DNA from: Minisyncoccota bacterium
GTDB taxonomy: Bacteria; Patescibacteriota; Minisyncoccia; Phycocordibacterales; GWA1-40-21
Reading direction: 5' to 3'
DNA length: 64,000 bases
NCBI GenBank assembly: GCA_041656855.1
Contig: JBBACS010000001.1
Span: 3,454 to 67,453 of the forward strand
The translations under genes and the position numbers were made by a program. Shown one piece after another: positions 51,034 through 61,156 of the stretch. The notes below the pieces were generated by a model that saw nothing but the letters and a program-made list of their open reading frames with translations, did not search any database and was not told the origin of the DNA. How positions within the stretch are numbered: the first letter of the stretch is position 1; the number at the start of each line of letters is the position of its first letter.

Positions 51034-54000
51034 ATGACTGAAAATAGTAAAGAAAAGCTTGTACTAAAAAATAAAGTTGCCGAAAGAGAAGAAGAAATAT
51101 TAAAATTTTGGCAAGAAAAAGAAATTTTCAAAAAAACTTTAGAAAAACCAGCTCCAAATGGTGAATTTGTATTTTATGATGGGCCTCCTTTTGCAACAGG
51201 GCTTCCACACTTTGGTCATATTTTGCCCGGAACAATGAAAGATTATATGGGTAGATATGAGACCATGAAAGGTAAGCATGTCTCTAGGAGATGGGGTTGG
51301 GATACACACGGTCTTCCTATAGAAAATATTGTTGAAAAAGAGATGGGTTTCAAATCTAAGAAAGACATTGAGGATTTTGGTCTTGAAGAATTTAATGATA
51401 TTGCAAGAAGCAAGGTTTTTACATATGTAGATGAATGGAAAAAAATAGTTCCAAGGCTTGGACGCTTTGTTGATATGGAAAATGATTACAGAACTCTAAA
51501 CCCATCTTATACAGAAACTGTTTGGTGGATTTTCAAGGAATTACATAAAAAAGGTTTAGTTTATGAAGGTTTTAAATCTATGCATCTTTGTCCTCATTGT
51601 GGAACAACCCTTTCCAATTTTGAAGTTGGACAAGGATATAAAGATATCACTGATATTTCTGTTACGGTCAAATTTGAGCTTGTAGATGAGCCAGGAACAT
51701 ATTTCCTTGCTTGGACCACAACACCATGGACACTTCCTGGAAACGTGGCTCTTGCAGTAAATCCAGATATTGATTATGTAAAAATAAAAGTAGGTAATAT
51801 TAAATTAATTTTAGCTGAATTAAGACTTTCAGTAATTAAAGAGCCTTATGATATTGTAGAAAAAGTAGAAGGTAATGCTTTGGTTGGTTTGTCATATAAA
51901 CCTATCTTTGATTATTATAATAATGATGATTTAAAGAATAAAGAGAACGGTTTTAAAGTTTATGACGCAGCTTTTGTAACAACAGAAGATGGTACGGGTA
52001 TAGTTCATATTGCCCCTGCATTTGGAGAAGATGATATGAATCTTGGCAAAGAAAAAAAGTTGCCATTTATACAACATGTAACAGTTGATGGAAGATTTAA
52101 AACCGAAGTCGAAGATTTTGCTGGTCAAAAAGTAAAGCCGATAGAAAATTCGCAACTTGCAGATATTGAAATAATAAAATATTTAGCTGGAAAAGGAACA
52201 CTTTATGCAAAAGAAAAATTTATACACTCATACCCACATTGTTATAGGTGTGACACTCCACTTTTAAACTACGCAGCAAGTTCCTGGTTTGTAGAAGTAA
52301 CAAAATTTAAGGATAAACTTGTAGAAGCAAATAAAAAAATAAAGTGGGTTCCAAAAGAAGTTGGAGAAGGGAGATTTGGTAAGTTGCTTGAAGGAGCTCC
52401 AGATTGGGCTATTTCAAGAAGCAGATTTTGGGGTGCACCTCTTCCAGTATGGAAATGTTCTTGTTGTCCAGTAAAAGAATTTATTGGTTCAATAGATGAA
52501 ATAAAAGAAAGAACAAAAAGCACAAATAAATTTTTGGTAGTTAGACATGGAGAAGCCAAAAGTAATGTATTGGATATTCTCAGTTCAAATCCAAAGACTG
52601 TGAATCATCTTACAGAAAAAGGAAGAGAACAAGCTGTGGAAGCTTCAAAAAATCTTAAAGATAAAGTGGATATTATTTACTGTTCTCCTTTTATGAGAAC
52701 AAAAGAAACTGCAGATATAATTGCTGAAAATATTGGATATCCTAAAGACAAAATTCTTTATGATGATAGACTTCATGAAATAAATGGAGGAGAAATGGAT
52801 GGAAGACCTGATCCGGAATATCAAGCATTTTTTACGAATAGGAAAGAAAAATTCTTTAGATCTCCAAAAGGCGGAGAAACATATACAGATGCAAAAAAGA
52901 GAATGACAGATTTTTTGTATGATATAGATAAAAAATATGAAGGAAAAAATATTTTGATTGTTTCCCATAATACTCCAATATGGCTAATGTTTTCAGGCGC
53001 ACTCGGGCTTAATAGAGAACAAACGCTTGCGACAAGAGTAGCTGGTACCCCTTTTATTCACAATTCGGAAATAAAAGAAATTCCTTTTGCACCAATTCCG
53101 CATAACAGAGAATATGAACTTGATATGCATAGACCTTTCATTGATGAAATTACTTTGAAATGTCCTTGTGGGGGAGATATGAAAAGAATTCCTGAAGTAT
53201 TTGATTGCTGGTTTGAGTCAGGTTCTATGCCTTACGCTCAAGTTCATTATCCTTTTGAAAATTTAGACAAATTTAATCCAGAAAAAGGAATTGGTTTTCC
53301 AGCAGATTTTATTGCAGAAGGGGTTGATCAGACAAGAGGCTGGTTTAATTCATTGTTAATTATTGGAATAGCACTATTTGATAAATCTCCATATAAAAGC
53401 GTTGCAACAAACGGCATACTTCTTGCTGAGGATGGACAAAAAATGTCAAAACATTTGAAGAATTATTCCGATCCTATGGGGGTTGTTGATATGTATAGTG
53501 CTGATGCAATGAGATATTATCTTTTATCTTCTTCAGCGACTAGAGCAGAAGACCTAAAATTTTCAAATAAGGGCGTTGATGAAGTTTTGAAGAAAATAAT
53601 TATGAGATTACAAAATGTTTATACATTCTTTGAAATGTATGGAGGTTTTGATTTAGATTTGACAAAAAAGGATGAATACAAAAAACCAAAAAATATTTTG
53701 GATAAATGGATTCTCGCAAGATTGAAAGAGACTGCAACTCAAATAACAAAAGCTACTGATGGGCATGAGTTTGATCGTGCAACTAGACCTATTGGAGACT
53801 TTGTTGATGACCTTTCCACATGGTATTTGAGAAGATCTCGCGATAGATTCAAGTCTGAAGATGTCCCCGATAGAAATTCTGCGATGTTCACTACGAGGAC
53901 TGTAATATTAGAGTTTTCAAAACTTTTGGCACCGGGAATGCCTTTCTTGGCTGAAGATTTATATTTAAAAATCACTGGAGGAATGGAAAAGGAGAGTGTA

Positions 54001-54540
54001 CATTTGGAAAATTGGACAGAAGAATTTGTTGGAGAACTTTCTGCTGAAGAAACTGAAGTTTTAGAAAAAATGAGAGAAACGAGAATCATAGTTTCTGTCG
54101 GACTTGAGGCTCGCGCAAAAGCAGGTATAAAAGTCAGACAGCCTCTTGCTAGCTTGAAAGTTAAAAGTGTGAAGCTTATGGGCAGTGAAGAATATTTGGA
54201 ACCCATTAAAGATGAAGTAAATGTTAAAGAAGTAATTTTTGAAGAAATGATTGCTGGAGATGTGGAACTCGATACTGTTCTTACAGAAAGATTGAAAGAT
54301 GAAGGTGCAAGCAGAGATATTATAAGGGCAATACAGGAAATGAGAAAAAATAAAAAACTAAATCCGTCTGATCAAGTTGAACTTTTTGTTGAAACGAGCG
54401 ATGATGGAAAAGAATTGATAAATAAGTTCTATAATGAAATTTCAAAAGTTGCTGGACTAAAATCGATATCTTTCAAAGAGTTTAAAGAAGGGGAAGTAGT
54501 TGAATTGGAAACTATGAAGTTTAAAATTCATATAAAATAA
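51034..54540 (+). CDS. ileS: isoleucyl-tRNA synthetase (type 2-like) with an embedded histidine-phosphatase domain (listed ORF starts at TTG 51016)
   Basis: PHFGH (HIGH), editing CP1 region, DMHRPFID, CWFESGSMPYA, KMSKH. Confidence 0.9.
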   Translation: MTENSKEKLVLKNKVAEREEEILKFWQEKEIFKKTLEKPAPNGEFVFYDGPPFATGLPHFGHILPGTMKDYMGRYETMKGKHVSRRWGWDTHGLPIENIVEKEMGFKSKKDIEDFGLEEFNDIARSKVFTYVDEWKKIVPRLGRFVDMENDYRTLNPSYTETVWWIFKELHKKGLVYEGFKSMHLCPHCGTTLSNFEVGQGYKDITDISVTVKFELVDEPGTYFLAWTTTPWTLPGNVALAVNPDIDYVKIKVGNIKLILAELRLSVIKEPYDIVEKVEGNALVGLSYKPIFDYYNNDDLKNKENGFKVYDAAFVTTEDGTGIVHIAPAFGEDDMNLGKEKKLPFIQHVTVDGRFKTEVEDFAGQKVKPIENSQLADIEIIKYLAGKGTLYAKEKFIHSYPHCYRCDTPLLNYAASSWFVEVTKFKDKLVEANKKIKWVPKEVGEGRFGKLLEGAPDWAISRSRFWGAPLPVWKCSCCPVKEFIGSIDEIKERTKSTNKFLVVRHGEAKSNVLDILSSNPKTVNHLTEKGREQAVEASKNLKDKVDIIYCSPFMRTKETADIIAENIGYPKDKILYDDRLHEINGGEMDGRPDPEYQAFFTNRKEKFFRSPKGGETYTDAKKRMTDFLYDIDKKYEGKNILIVSHNTPIWLMFSGALGLNREQTLATRVAGTPFIHNSEIKEIPFAPIPHNREYELDMHRPFIDEITLKCPCGGDMKRIPEVFDCWFESGSMPYAQVHYPFENLDKFNPEKGIGFPADFIAEGVDQTRGWFNSLLIIGIALFDKSPYKSVATNGILLAEDGQKMSKHLKNYSDPMGVVDMYSADAMRYYLLSSSATRAEDLKFSNKGVDEVLKKIIMRLQNVYTFFEMYGGFDLDLTKKDEYKKPKNILDKWILARLKETATQITKATDGHEFDRATRPIGDFVDDLSTWYLRRSRDRFKSEDVPDRNSAMFTTRTVILEFSKLLAPGMPFLAEDLYLKITGGMEKESVHLENWTEEFVGELSAEETEVLEKMRETRIIVSVGLEARAKAGIKVRQPLASLKVKSVKLMGSEEYLEPIKDEVNVKEVIFEEMIAGDVELDTVLTERLKDEGASRDIIRAIQEMRKNKKLNPSDQVELFVETSDDGKELINKFYNEISKVAGLKSISFKEFKEGEVVELETMKFKIHIK
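52531..53040 (+). other. inserted histidine phosphatase (PGAM-like, branch 1) domain within ileS
   Basis: Ordered motifs VVRHGEAKSN (RHG 52543-52551), CSPFMRTKETA, HEINGGEMDG, LIVSHNTPI (His 52966-52968). Confidence 0.75.
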
Positions 54541-54547
54541 AAGAAAA

Positions 54548-54572
54548 AGAGCGGCGCCGTAGGCGCCGCTCT
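54548..54572 (+). terminator. intrinsic terminator after ileS
   Basis: AGAGCGGCGCC-GTA-GGCGCCGCTCT then TTTTT. Confidence 0.9.
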
Positions 54573-54579
54573 TTTTCTT

Positions 54580-54608
54580 TTGACAATATTTGCTTCCGAC
54601 TCTAGACT
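54580..54608 (+). promoter_or_regulatory. promoter predicted to give a leaderless recO mRNA
   Basis: TTGACA, 17-nt spacer, TAGACT, then 6 nt to ATG 54615. Confidence 0.6.
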
Positions 54609-54614
54609 AGTTGT

Positions 54615-55199
54615 ATGCATCACATTTATACTACCAAAGCTATAATCATAAAAAGTGTTCCTATTGGAGAGGCAAATAAATATTACTTTTTACTTACAGA
54701 AGATTTAGGCTTTGTAAGGGCTAGTGCACAGAGTGTTCGCTTGGAAAAATCAAAGTTGAAAGGGCACTTGCAGGATTTTTGTTTTATTGAAGTATCTCTG
54801 GTAAAAGGAAAAGATATTTGGCGTATTATAGGTGTTGAAACTATACAGTCTGGGTATTTTATAAATAATATAAATAAACTTGTCGCAATTAAAAATATAT
54901 TTTCTTTGCTTCTCAGATTGCTTCATGGGGAGGAAAAAAATGAGCTTCTTTTTAATAGTATTAAGTCTTTTTATGATTTTTTGCTAAAGGATGAATTGTC
55001 ACAAAATAATATAAAAAATCTAGAAACAATCACGGTACTCAGAATCTTATATCATCTAGGCTATTTTAAAAAGTCTTTTGATTTGTCTGATTATGTTATG
55101 GACGATAAATTATCAATAGAGATATTAGATTTATTTGAATCAAAGAATAAAATTGCAATTTTGGATATAAATAATGCGCTTAATGAAACCCATTTGTAA
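54615..55199 (+). CDS. recO: DNA repair protein RecO (short form)
   Basis: N-terminal OB-fold pattern (TKAIIIKSVPIGEANKYYFLLTEDLGFVRASAQSVR). Confidence 0.7.
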   Translation: MHHIYTTKAIIIKSVPIGEANKYYFLLTEDLGFVRASAQSVRLEKSKLKGHLQDFCFIEVSLVKGKDIWRIIGVETIQSGYFINNINKLVAIKNIFSLLLRLLHGEEKNELLFNSIKSFYDFLLKDELSQNNIKNLETITVLRILYHLGYFKKSFDLSDYVMDDKLSIEILDLFESKNKIAILDINNALNETHL

Positions 55200-55231
55200 T
55201 AGTATTTCTACCGCAATAACAATATGATATA

Positions 55232-57169
55232 ATGTTATTCACATTTATGTATAATCCAAACGAGAAAAAAGACAATATAGATAAAATACAAGAATCTCTT
55301 TATTCTAAAACTACGGATGGAATCTTTCTAAAAAGGAGACATTCTTTACAAGATAAAACTAGTACAGGTACGCCTACTGCTTGGAATGTGGAAGAAGAAA
55401 AAGCAGAAAGTTCTTTCCAACTTCCTTACACTAAAATATTTTTAGGAGCTTTTATATTTTTTATTTTAGCTCTTGGTTTTGCTTTTTCAAAATTCTTTTT
55501 TGGAGCTAACGTCGTGTCTGGTGATAATATAAATATATTGGTTAGTGGTCCTGTTTCTATAGCCGGTGGGGAAGAATTACCTTTAGACATAGAAGTAAAA
55601 AACAATAATAATATAGATTTAAAAGTTGTGGATTTGCGCATAGAATTTCCAGACGGTACAAAAAGTGCGACTGACCAATCTGTTGACATGAAAAGGTTCA
55701 ATGAAGTTTTAGGAGACATAAGTATAGGTAAAAGTGTTAAGCGTTTAGTAAAAGCGGTTCTTTATGGAGAAGAAAATTCTCAAAAGACTATAAAAATAAC
55801 TGTGGAGTATAGGGTTACTGGTTCCAGCGCAGTTTTTAGTAAAGTAAAAGATTTTAATGTTCTAATTTCTTCTTCACCTGTAAATATAAAAGTGAGCGGA
55901 CCAACTGAAATAAATTCAAATCAGCTGGTTGATTTTTCAGTAGATATTAACTCAAATTCAGTGAATATTGTTAAAAATCTAATATTGAAAGTAGATTATC
56001 CTTTTGGTTTTACTTTATCTTCTTCTAATCCAAAGTCATCAGGTTCTTTTGGTAGCGTTTTTGCTATCGGAGATTTGGCTCCGGGTGCAAAGAGAACCGT
56101 AAGAATTTCAGGTACTATTCAGGGACAAGATGGAGAACAGCGAGTATTTAAATTTACAGTTGGTACTCCAAGCAAGGATGACAACACTGTTGTTGGAACA
56201 CCGCTAGCTTTATATCTGTCCACAGTTTCTATAAGAAAATCTGCTATTGGTCTTGATTTGTCTGTGAATGACCAGTTTGATAAGGAGGTGGCTATTGATA
56301 CAGGAAGTAAAAATAGAGCAAATATTCTTTGGAAAAATAATTTGACTGAAAAAATTTACGATGTAACCGTAAAGATAAAGATTAGCGGACAAATCTTAAA
56401 CAAAGAGTCTGTAAATGTTGAAAAAGGTTTTTATAGTTCCTTTGATAACACAATCATTTTTGATAAGAGTACCAACCCATTGCTAAGCATTACAAACCCC
56501 GGAGATGAAGGAGATATGCAATTTGATTTTAATGCATTATCACCTTCTACAAAGTCGTCAATTTCTTTTGGCAACTCTGTTATAAAACTTGATATAACTG
56601 TTTTAGGTAATAGGGCTGGACTTGATGGAACAGCTGCTCAAGAAATTTTATATTCTGATACAAAAACATTAAAAATATCTTCTGGTCTAAAACTTTTGTC
56701 TAGAGGATTCAGAACAGTGGGACCTTTTGAGAACAGTGGACCATTTCCACCTCAAGTCGATAATGAAACGACATATACTATTACTTGGACAGCATCTGAC
56801 TCATTTAATAATATAAATTCAGCAAGAGTTTCAGCTTTTCTTCCTCCAAATGTAAAATGGACGGGATATACAAGCCCTGATACAGAAAAAATAACTTATG
56901 ATAAGGGAACAGGAGAAGTCGTGTGGAATATCGGAGATATGAGAGCTGGAGTAGGAGGTAGTTCTCCTTCTAGAGATGTGTCTTTCCAGATTGCTATCAC
57001 ACCATCTATTACACAGTTAGGATCAGAAATAAATTTATTAAATGAAGCTACAATAAGTGGAATAGACGCTTTTTCAGGAGCAAGAGTCGGTGAAGTTAAA
57101 AATCCTGTAACGACAAACATTACTTCAGATCCAGAATATGTTGATGATATAGGGATAGTTACTAGATAA
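55232..57169 (+). CDS. large membrane-anchored hypothetical protein (Ig/CARDB-like repeats)
   Basis: One N-terminal TM, beta-rich extracellular sequence; start uncertain. Confidence 0.55.
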   Translation: MLFTFMYNPNEKKDNIDKIQESLYSKTTDGIFLKRRHSLQDKTSTGTPTAWNVEEEKAESSFQLPYTKIFLGAFIFFILALGFAFSKFFFGANVVSGDNINILVSGPVSIAGGEELPLDIEVKNNNNIDLKVVDLRIEFPDGTKSATDQSVDMKRFNEVLGDISIGKSVKRLVKAVLYGEENSQKTIKITVEYRVTGSSAVFSKVKDFNVLISSSPVNIKVSGPTEINSNQLVDFSVDINSNSVNIVKNLILKVDYPFGFTLSSSNPKSSGSFGSVFAIGDLAPGAKRTVRISGTIQGQDGEQRVFKFTVGTPSKDDNTVVGTPLALYLSTVSIRKSAIGLDLSVNDQFDKEVAIDTGSKNRANILWKNNLTEKIYDVTVKIKISGQILNKESVNVEKGFYSSFDNTIIFDKSTNPLLSITNPGDEGDMQFDFNALSPSTKSSISFGNSVIKLDITVLGNRAGLDGTAAQEILYSDTKTLKISSGLKLLSRGFRTVGPFENSGPFPPQVDNETTYTITWTASDSFNNINSARVSAFLPPNVKWTGYTSPDTEKITYDKGTGEVVWNIGDMRAGVGGSSPSRDVSFQIAITPSITQLGSEINLLNEATISGIDAFSGARVGEVKNPVTTNITSDPEYVDDIGIVTR

Positions 57170-57218
57170 AAACTGAGGACTAGCCAAAAAATTAGTTTTA
57201 AAGTAGATTAGAATAATA

Positions 57219-58538
57219 ATGAAAAAGGAATCAAACCAAAAAATGGAGAATATAATCTCTCTTTGCAAGAGAAGAGGTTTTATTTTTCAAGGTTCTGAAA
57301 TATATGGAGGACTAGCTGGTACCTGGGACTATGGTCATTTTGGTGTGGCTCTAAAAAACAATATTAAGGCACTTTGGTGGAGAAAGTTTGTCACAGACCG
57401 CGATGATATGTATGGAGTTGATGCAGATATTTTGATGAATCAAAAAGTTTGGCAAGCTACTGGTCATGCTGAAAATTTTTCTGATCCTTTGATAGAATGT
57501 AAGAAATGTAAAAAAAGATTTAGAGCTGATAAAATTACTGATGCAAAAAAGTGTCCTGATTGTGGTGGGGTAATGGGTGAACCGAAACAATTTAATATGA
57601 TGTTTAAAACTCATGTTGGAGCAATAGAGAATACAACATCTATCTCATATCTCAGACCAGAAACTGCTCAAGGTATGTTTGTGAACTACAAAAATGTTAT
57701 TGATGCTTATCATCCAAAACTTTCCTTTGGTATGGCTCAAGTAGGTAAAGCTTTTAGAAACGAAATTTCACCTGGGGATTTTACTTTTCGTTCAAGAGAG
57801 TTTGAACAAATGGAAATTGAATATCTTATTAAACCAGATTCTTGGAAAGAAACTTTTGAACATTTTAGAAAAGAAATGCTTGATTGGACCAAATTGATAG
57901 GTTTGAATCAAAAACATGTTCATGAACACGAGATATCAGATGAAGATAGAGCATTTTATTCTAAAAGAACAATAGATTTTGAATTTGATTTTCCTTTTGG
58001 ACAAGAAGAACTTTACGGTTTAGCTTATAGAACGGATTATGACTTGAAGAGACATTCAGATTTTAGTGGAATCGATTTGAGTTATTTGGATGAAGAAACA
58101 AAAGAGAAATTTATTCCTCATTGTATAGAACCATCTTTTGGTTTGGATAGGTCAGCTCTTGCAGTTCTTTCAGATGCTTACACAGAAGATGAGCTTGGAG
58201 GAGAAAAAAGAATATATATGAAGTTTGCTCCAATAGTTGCTCCAGTAAAAATTGCAGTATTTCCACTTTTAAAAAATAAACCAAATCTTGTAGAAAAGGC
58301 AAAAGAAGTTTACAAAAATTTGAAAAAAGAGTTTGATGCAGTGATGTTTGATGATAATGGAAACATTGGAAAGAGATACAGAAGACAAGATGAAATAGGA
58401 ACTCCATATTGTGTTACTGTAGATTTTGAAACAATAGAGAAAGATAATATGGTTACAGTAAGAGATAGAGATTCAGGAAACCAAGAAAGAGTAAAAATAG
58501 AGGATTTGAATGAGTATTTTGGTAAAAAATTGAAATAA
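57219..58538 (+). CDS. glyQS: glycyl-tRNA synthetase (dimeric class II type)
   Basis: CKRRGFIFQGSEIYGG, class II motifs, Zn-like CKKC...CPDCG, anticodon-binding C-terminus. Confidence 0.9.
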   Translation: MKKESNQKMENIISLCKRRGFIFQGSEIYGGLAGTWDYGHFGVALKNNIKALWWRKFVTDRDDMYGVDADILMNQKVWQATGHAENFSDPLIECKKCKKRFRADKITDAKKCPDCGGVMGEPKQFNMMFKTHVGAIENTTSISYLRPETAQGMFVNYKNVIDAYHPKLSFGMAQVGKAFRNEISPGDFTFRSREFEQMEIEYLIKPDSWKETFEHFRKEMLDWTKLIGLNQKHVHEHEISDEDRAFYSKRTIDFEFDFPFGQEELYGLAYRTDYDLKRHSDFSGIDLSYLDEETKEKFIPHCIEPSFGLDRSALAVLSDAYTEDELGGEKRIYMKFAPIVAPVKIAVFPLLKNKPNLVEKAKEVYKNLKKEFDAVMFDDNGNIGKRYRRQDEIGTPYCVTVDFETIEKDNMVTVRDRDSGNQERVKIEDLNEYFGKKLK

Positions 58539-58543
58539 CAAAA

Positions 58544-58574
58544 AGACGAGCAGCACCAAAGGTGCTGCTCGTCT
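58544..58574 (+). terminator. intrinsic terminator
   Basis: AGACGAGCAGCACC-AAA-GGTGCTGCTCGTCT then TTTTTTT. Confidence 0.9.
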
Positions 58575-58596
58575 TTTTTTATGATAAAATTGTCAT

Positions 58597-59865
58597 ATGA
58601 ATTACACTAGAAAGAAATTAAAAAACGGAATAAGAATAATCACGGTTCCAATGAAAGATAATCCAACTGTGACGGTGCTTGTACTCATTGAAACAGGCTC
58701 TAGCTATGAAAATAAAGAGAACAATGGAATTTCTCATTTTCTTGAGCATATGTGTTTTAAGGGCACTGCAAGAAGACCAAGTTCAGCGGAAATTTCAAAA
58801 GAATTAGACAGTATCGGTTCACATTACAATGCGTTTACAAGCATGGAATACACAGGATATTATGCAAAAGCTGAACACAAGAGTTTTGATAAGATTTTGG
58901 ATGTTGTTTCAGACCTATATTTAAATCCTATTTTTCCGGAAAAAGATATAGAAAAAGAGAAAGGAGTCATAATAGAGGAAATAAATATGTATCAGGATTT
59001 GCCTCAAAGCCTTGTTGTGTATGATTTTTTTAATCTACTTTATGGAAATCAGCCAGCGGGCTGGAAGATTATTGGGACAAAAGAAAATGTTCAAAAAATA
59101 AACAGAACGGACCTTATTGATTATCGCAGTAAGCATTATGTAGCGTCTGCCACAACAATAATCGTTGCAGGGAAGATTGATGAAAAGTCAGTAACAAAAA
59201 AAATAGTAAAAACTTTCAAAGATGTTGGAACTTGGAAAAAAGATTTTAAAGAAAAAGTTGTTGAACATCAAAAAATACCACAAGTATCTTTATCCAATAA
59301 ATTCCCAGATCAAACCCATATGATTTTGGGTGTTCGCACATTTAATACCTACAATAAATATAATTCTATAATAAGAGTTATGAATTCTGTATTGTCTGGC
59401 GGAATGAGTTCAAGATTGTTCCAAAAAATGAGAGATGAACTAGGACTTTGTTATTATGTAGGTTCAGACAACGACACTTTTACTGACCATGGATTTTTTG
59501 CAGTTTCTGCCGGAGTAGATACAAAAAGAATAAAAGAGGCCATTTCAGCAATTTTGAAAGAAATGAACAAACTTAAAACTACTTTAGTAAAACCTGAAGA
59601 ATTAAATAAGGCAAAACAATATCTGATAGGTAATTTAAATCTTGGATTAGAATCTTCCGATTCTCTAGCAAGTTTCTTAGGAGAGCAGGAAATTTTAAGG
59701 AAAGATTTAAAAACAGACGCGGATATAATAAAAGAAATTAAAGCTGTTACTGCAGAAGAAATAAAATTTGTAGCTGAAAGAATCTTTAAGGATTCTGGCC
59801 TAAATTTGGCCATAGTGGGGAAGTTCAAAGATGAAAAAGAATTTAGAGATATTCTACACTTCTAA
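58597..59865 (+). CDS. M16 family (pitrilysin-like) zinc peptidase
   Basis: HFLEHMCFKG (HxxEH); TAAAAT ends 6 nt before ATG. Confidence 0.85.
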   Translation: MNYTRKKLKNGIRIITVPMKDNPTVTVLVLIETGSSYENKENNGISHFLEHMCFKGTARRPSSAEISKELDSIGSHYNAFTSMEYTGYYAKAEHKSFDKILDVVSDLYLNPIFPEKDIEKEKGVIIEEINMYQDLPQSLVVYDFFNLLYGNQPAGWKIIGTKENVQKINRTDLIDYRSKHYVASATTIIVAGKIDEKSVTKKIVKTFKDVGTWKKDFKEKVVEHQKIPQVSLSNKFPDQTHMILGVRTFNTYNKYNSIIRVMNSVLSGGMSSRLFQKMRDELGLCYYVGSDNDTFTDHGFFAVSAGVDTKRIKEAISAILKEMNKLKTTLVKPEELNKAKQYLIGNLNLGLESSDSLASFLGEQEILRKDLKTDADIIKEIKAVTAEEIKFVAERIFKDSGLNLAIVGKFKDEKEFRDILHF

Positions 59866-59916
59866 ATTAGGCTGTTTTTGTTGCAATAAGGCTAGTATTA
59901 TGATAGGATTTCGCCT

Positions 59917-60426
59917 ATGAGTAAAAAGGCAAAAGTTGCAAAAAATAGCGAAGAAAAGATATACGAAGTCGGATATCATATTGTTTCCTCTGTATCAGAA
60001 GAGAATATTCCATCTGAAGTAGAGAAAATCAAAGGATATTTAGCTAAAGAAAAAGCAATTATTATTTCTGAAGAAGCTCCAAAGCTTAGACCTTTGGCAT
60101 ATTCTATTAAAAAAGCTTCTGGCGGTTCATACAAAGTATATGACAAAGCTTATTTTGGTTTTATAAAATTTGAACTTGGTGAAGATGGAGATATCAGAAA
60201 TATTGATTTGTCTATGAAGAATAATGAATCAGTATTAAGATATTTGGTTATCAAAACTGTCAGAGAGAACACTATGTATTCTCCAAAGATTACTATTTTC
60301 TCAGATAAAGATGCAAAAATAAAAACAACATTTAAAGAAGACAAAATTATAAAAGGAGAAAAGACAGCAACTGCAGAAGAAATCGATAAATCAATCGATG
60401 CACTCGTTGCAGATGAAGTAATATAA
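59917..60426 (+). CDS. rpsF: 30S ribosomal protein S6 with terminal extensions
   Basis: YEVGYHIVSS...LRPLAYSIKK; followed by ssb and rpsR. Confidence 0.75.
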   Translation: MSKKAKVAKNSEEKIYEVGYHIVSSVSEENIPSEVEKIKGYLAKEKAIIISEEAPKLRPLAYSIKKASGGSYKVYDKAYFGFIKFELGEDGDIRNIDLSMKNNESVLRYLVIKTVRENTMYSPKITIFSDKDAKIKTTFKEDKIIKGEKTATAEEIDKSIDALVADEVI

Positions 60427-60434
60427 TATCAACT

Positions 60435-60890
60435 ATGTATTTAAACAAAGCATTTTTATTTGGAAATTTAACAAGAGACCCAGAATTGAAGTCTCTTCCG
60501 TCTGGTATTAAAGTTGTTTCATTTGGTCTTGCTACAAACAGGACATGGAAAGATAAAAATGGGGTCAAACAAGAGAGCACAAGTTTTCATAACATAGTGG
60601 CTTTTGGTAGAACAGCAGAAGTAATGGCTCAATATTTAAAAAAGGGAAGCAGTGTTTTTGTAGAAGGAAGAATTGAAACAAGAAGCTGGGATGACAAAAA
60701 TGATGGAACAAAGAAATATAGAACAGAGATAATAGTTGATAATTTTCAGTTTGGACCAAGTACAGGAGGACCAAGAACTGAGGGTTCACCAAAGACTCAT
60801 AAAGAGGAAGCACCAGTAGCAAAAGGAAAGCAGATGGACACAATAGAATATCCAACAGAAGAAATTAATCCAGAAGACATACCATTCTAA
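60435..60890 (+). CDS. ssb: single-stranded DNA-binding protein
   Basis: OB fold (LFGNLTRDPELK, FHNIVAFGRTAE, VFVEGRIETRSW), acidic tail EDIPF. Confidence 0.9.
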   Translation: MYLNKAFLFGNLTRDPELKSLPSGIKVVSFGLATNRTWKDKNGVKQESTSFHNIVAFGRTAEVMAQYLKKGSSVFVEGRIETRSWDDKNDGTKKYRTEIIVDNFQFGPSTGGPRTEGSPKTHKEEAPVAKGKQMDTIEYPTEEINPEDIPF

Positions 60891-60951
60891 AAAGTCTAAA
60901 AGTTGAAAGTCAAAAGTTATAAAGTAAATACAATTTAAATACAATAAAATT

Positions 60952-61152
60952 ATGAAACAATGTTTTTTTTCACAAAATAATATAAAGTATGTAGATTACA
61001 AAGATATAGAGCTCTTGAAGAAATTTTTGAATCCACACGCAAGAGTACAAGGCAAGAAAAAGACCTGTGTAAGAGCAAGAAGCCAAAGACAGCTTGCAGA
61101 AGCTATCAAGAGAGCAAGATTTATGGCACTTTTGCCGTTTGTTGCTAGGTAA
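60952..61152 (+). CDS. rpsR: 30S ribosomal protein S18
   Basis: VDYKDIELLKKFL, QRQLAEAIKRARFMALLPF. Confidence 0.9.
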   Translation: MKQCFFSQNNIKYVDYKDIELLKKFLNPHARVQGKKKTCVRARSQRQLAEAIKRARFMALLPFVAR

Positions 61153-61156
61153 TTTT

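Noticed and set aside
53739-54206. 155-aa minus-strand ORF, and similar ORFs at 52269-52968 and 59454-59828
   Set aside because: They are antisense to ileS and the M16 peptidase gene. They are shadow ORFs.
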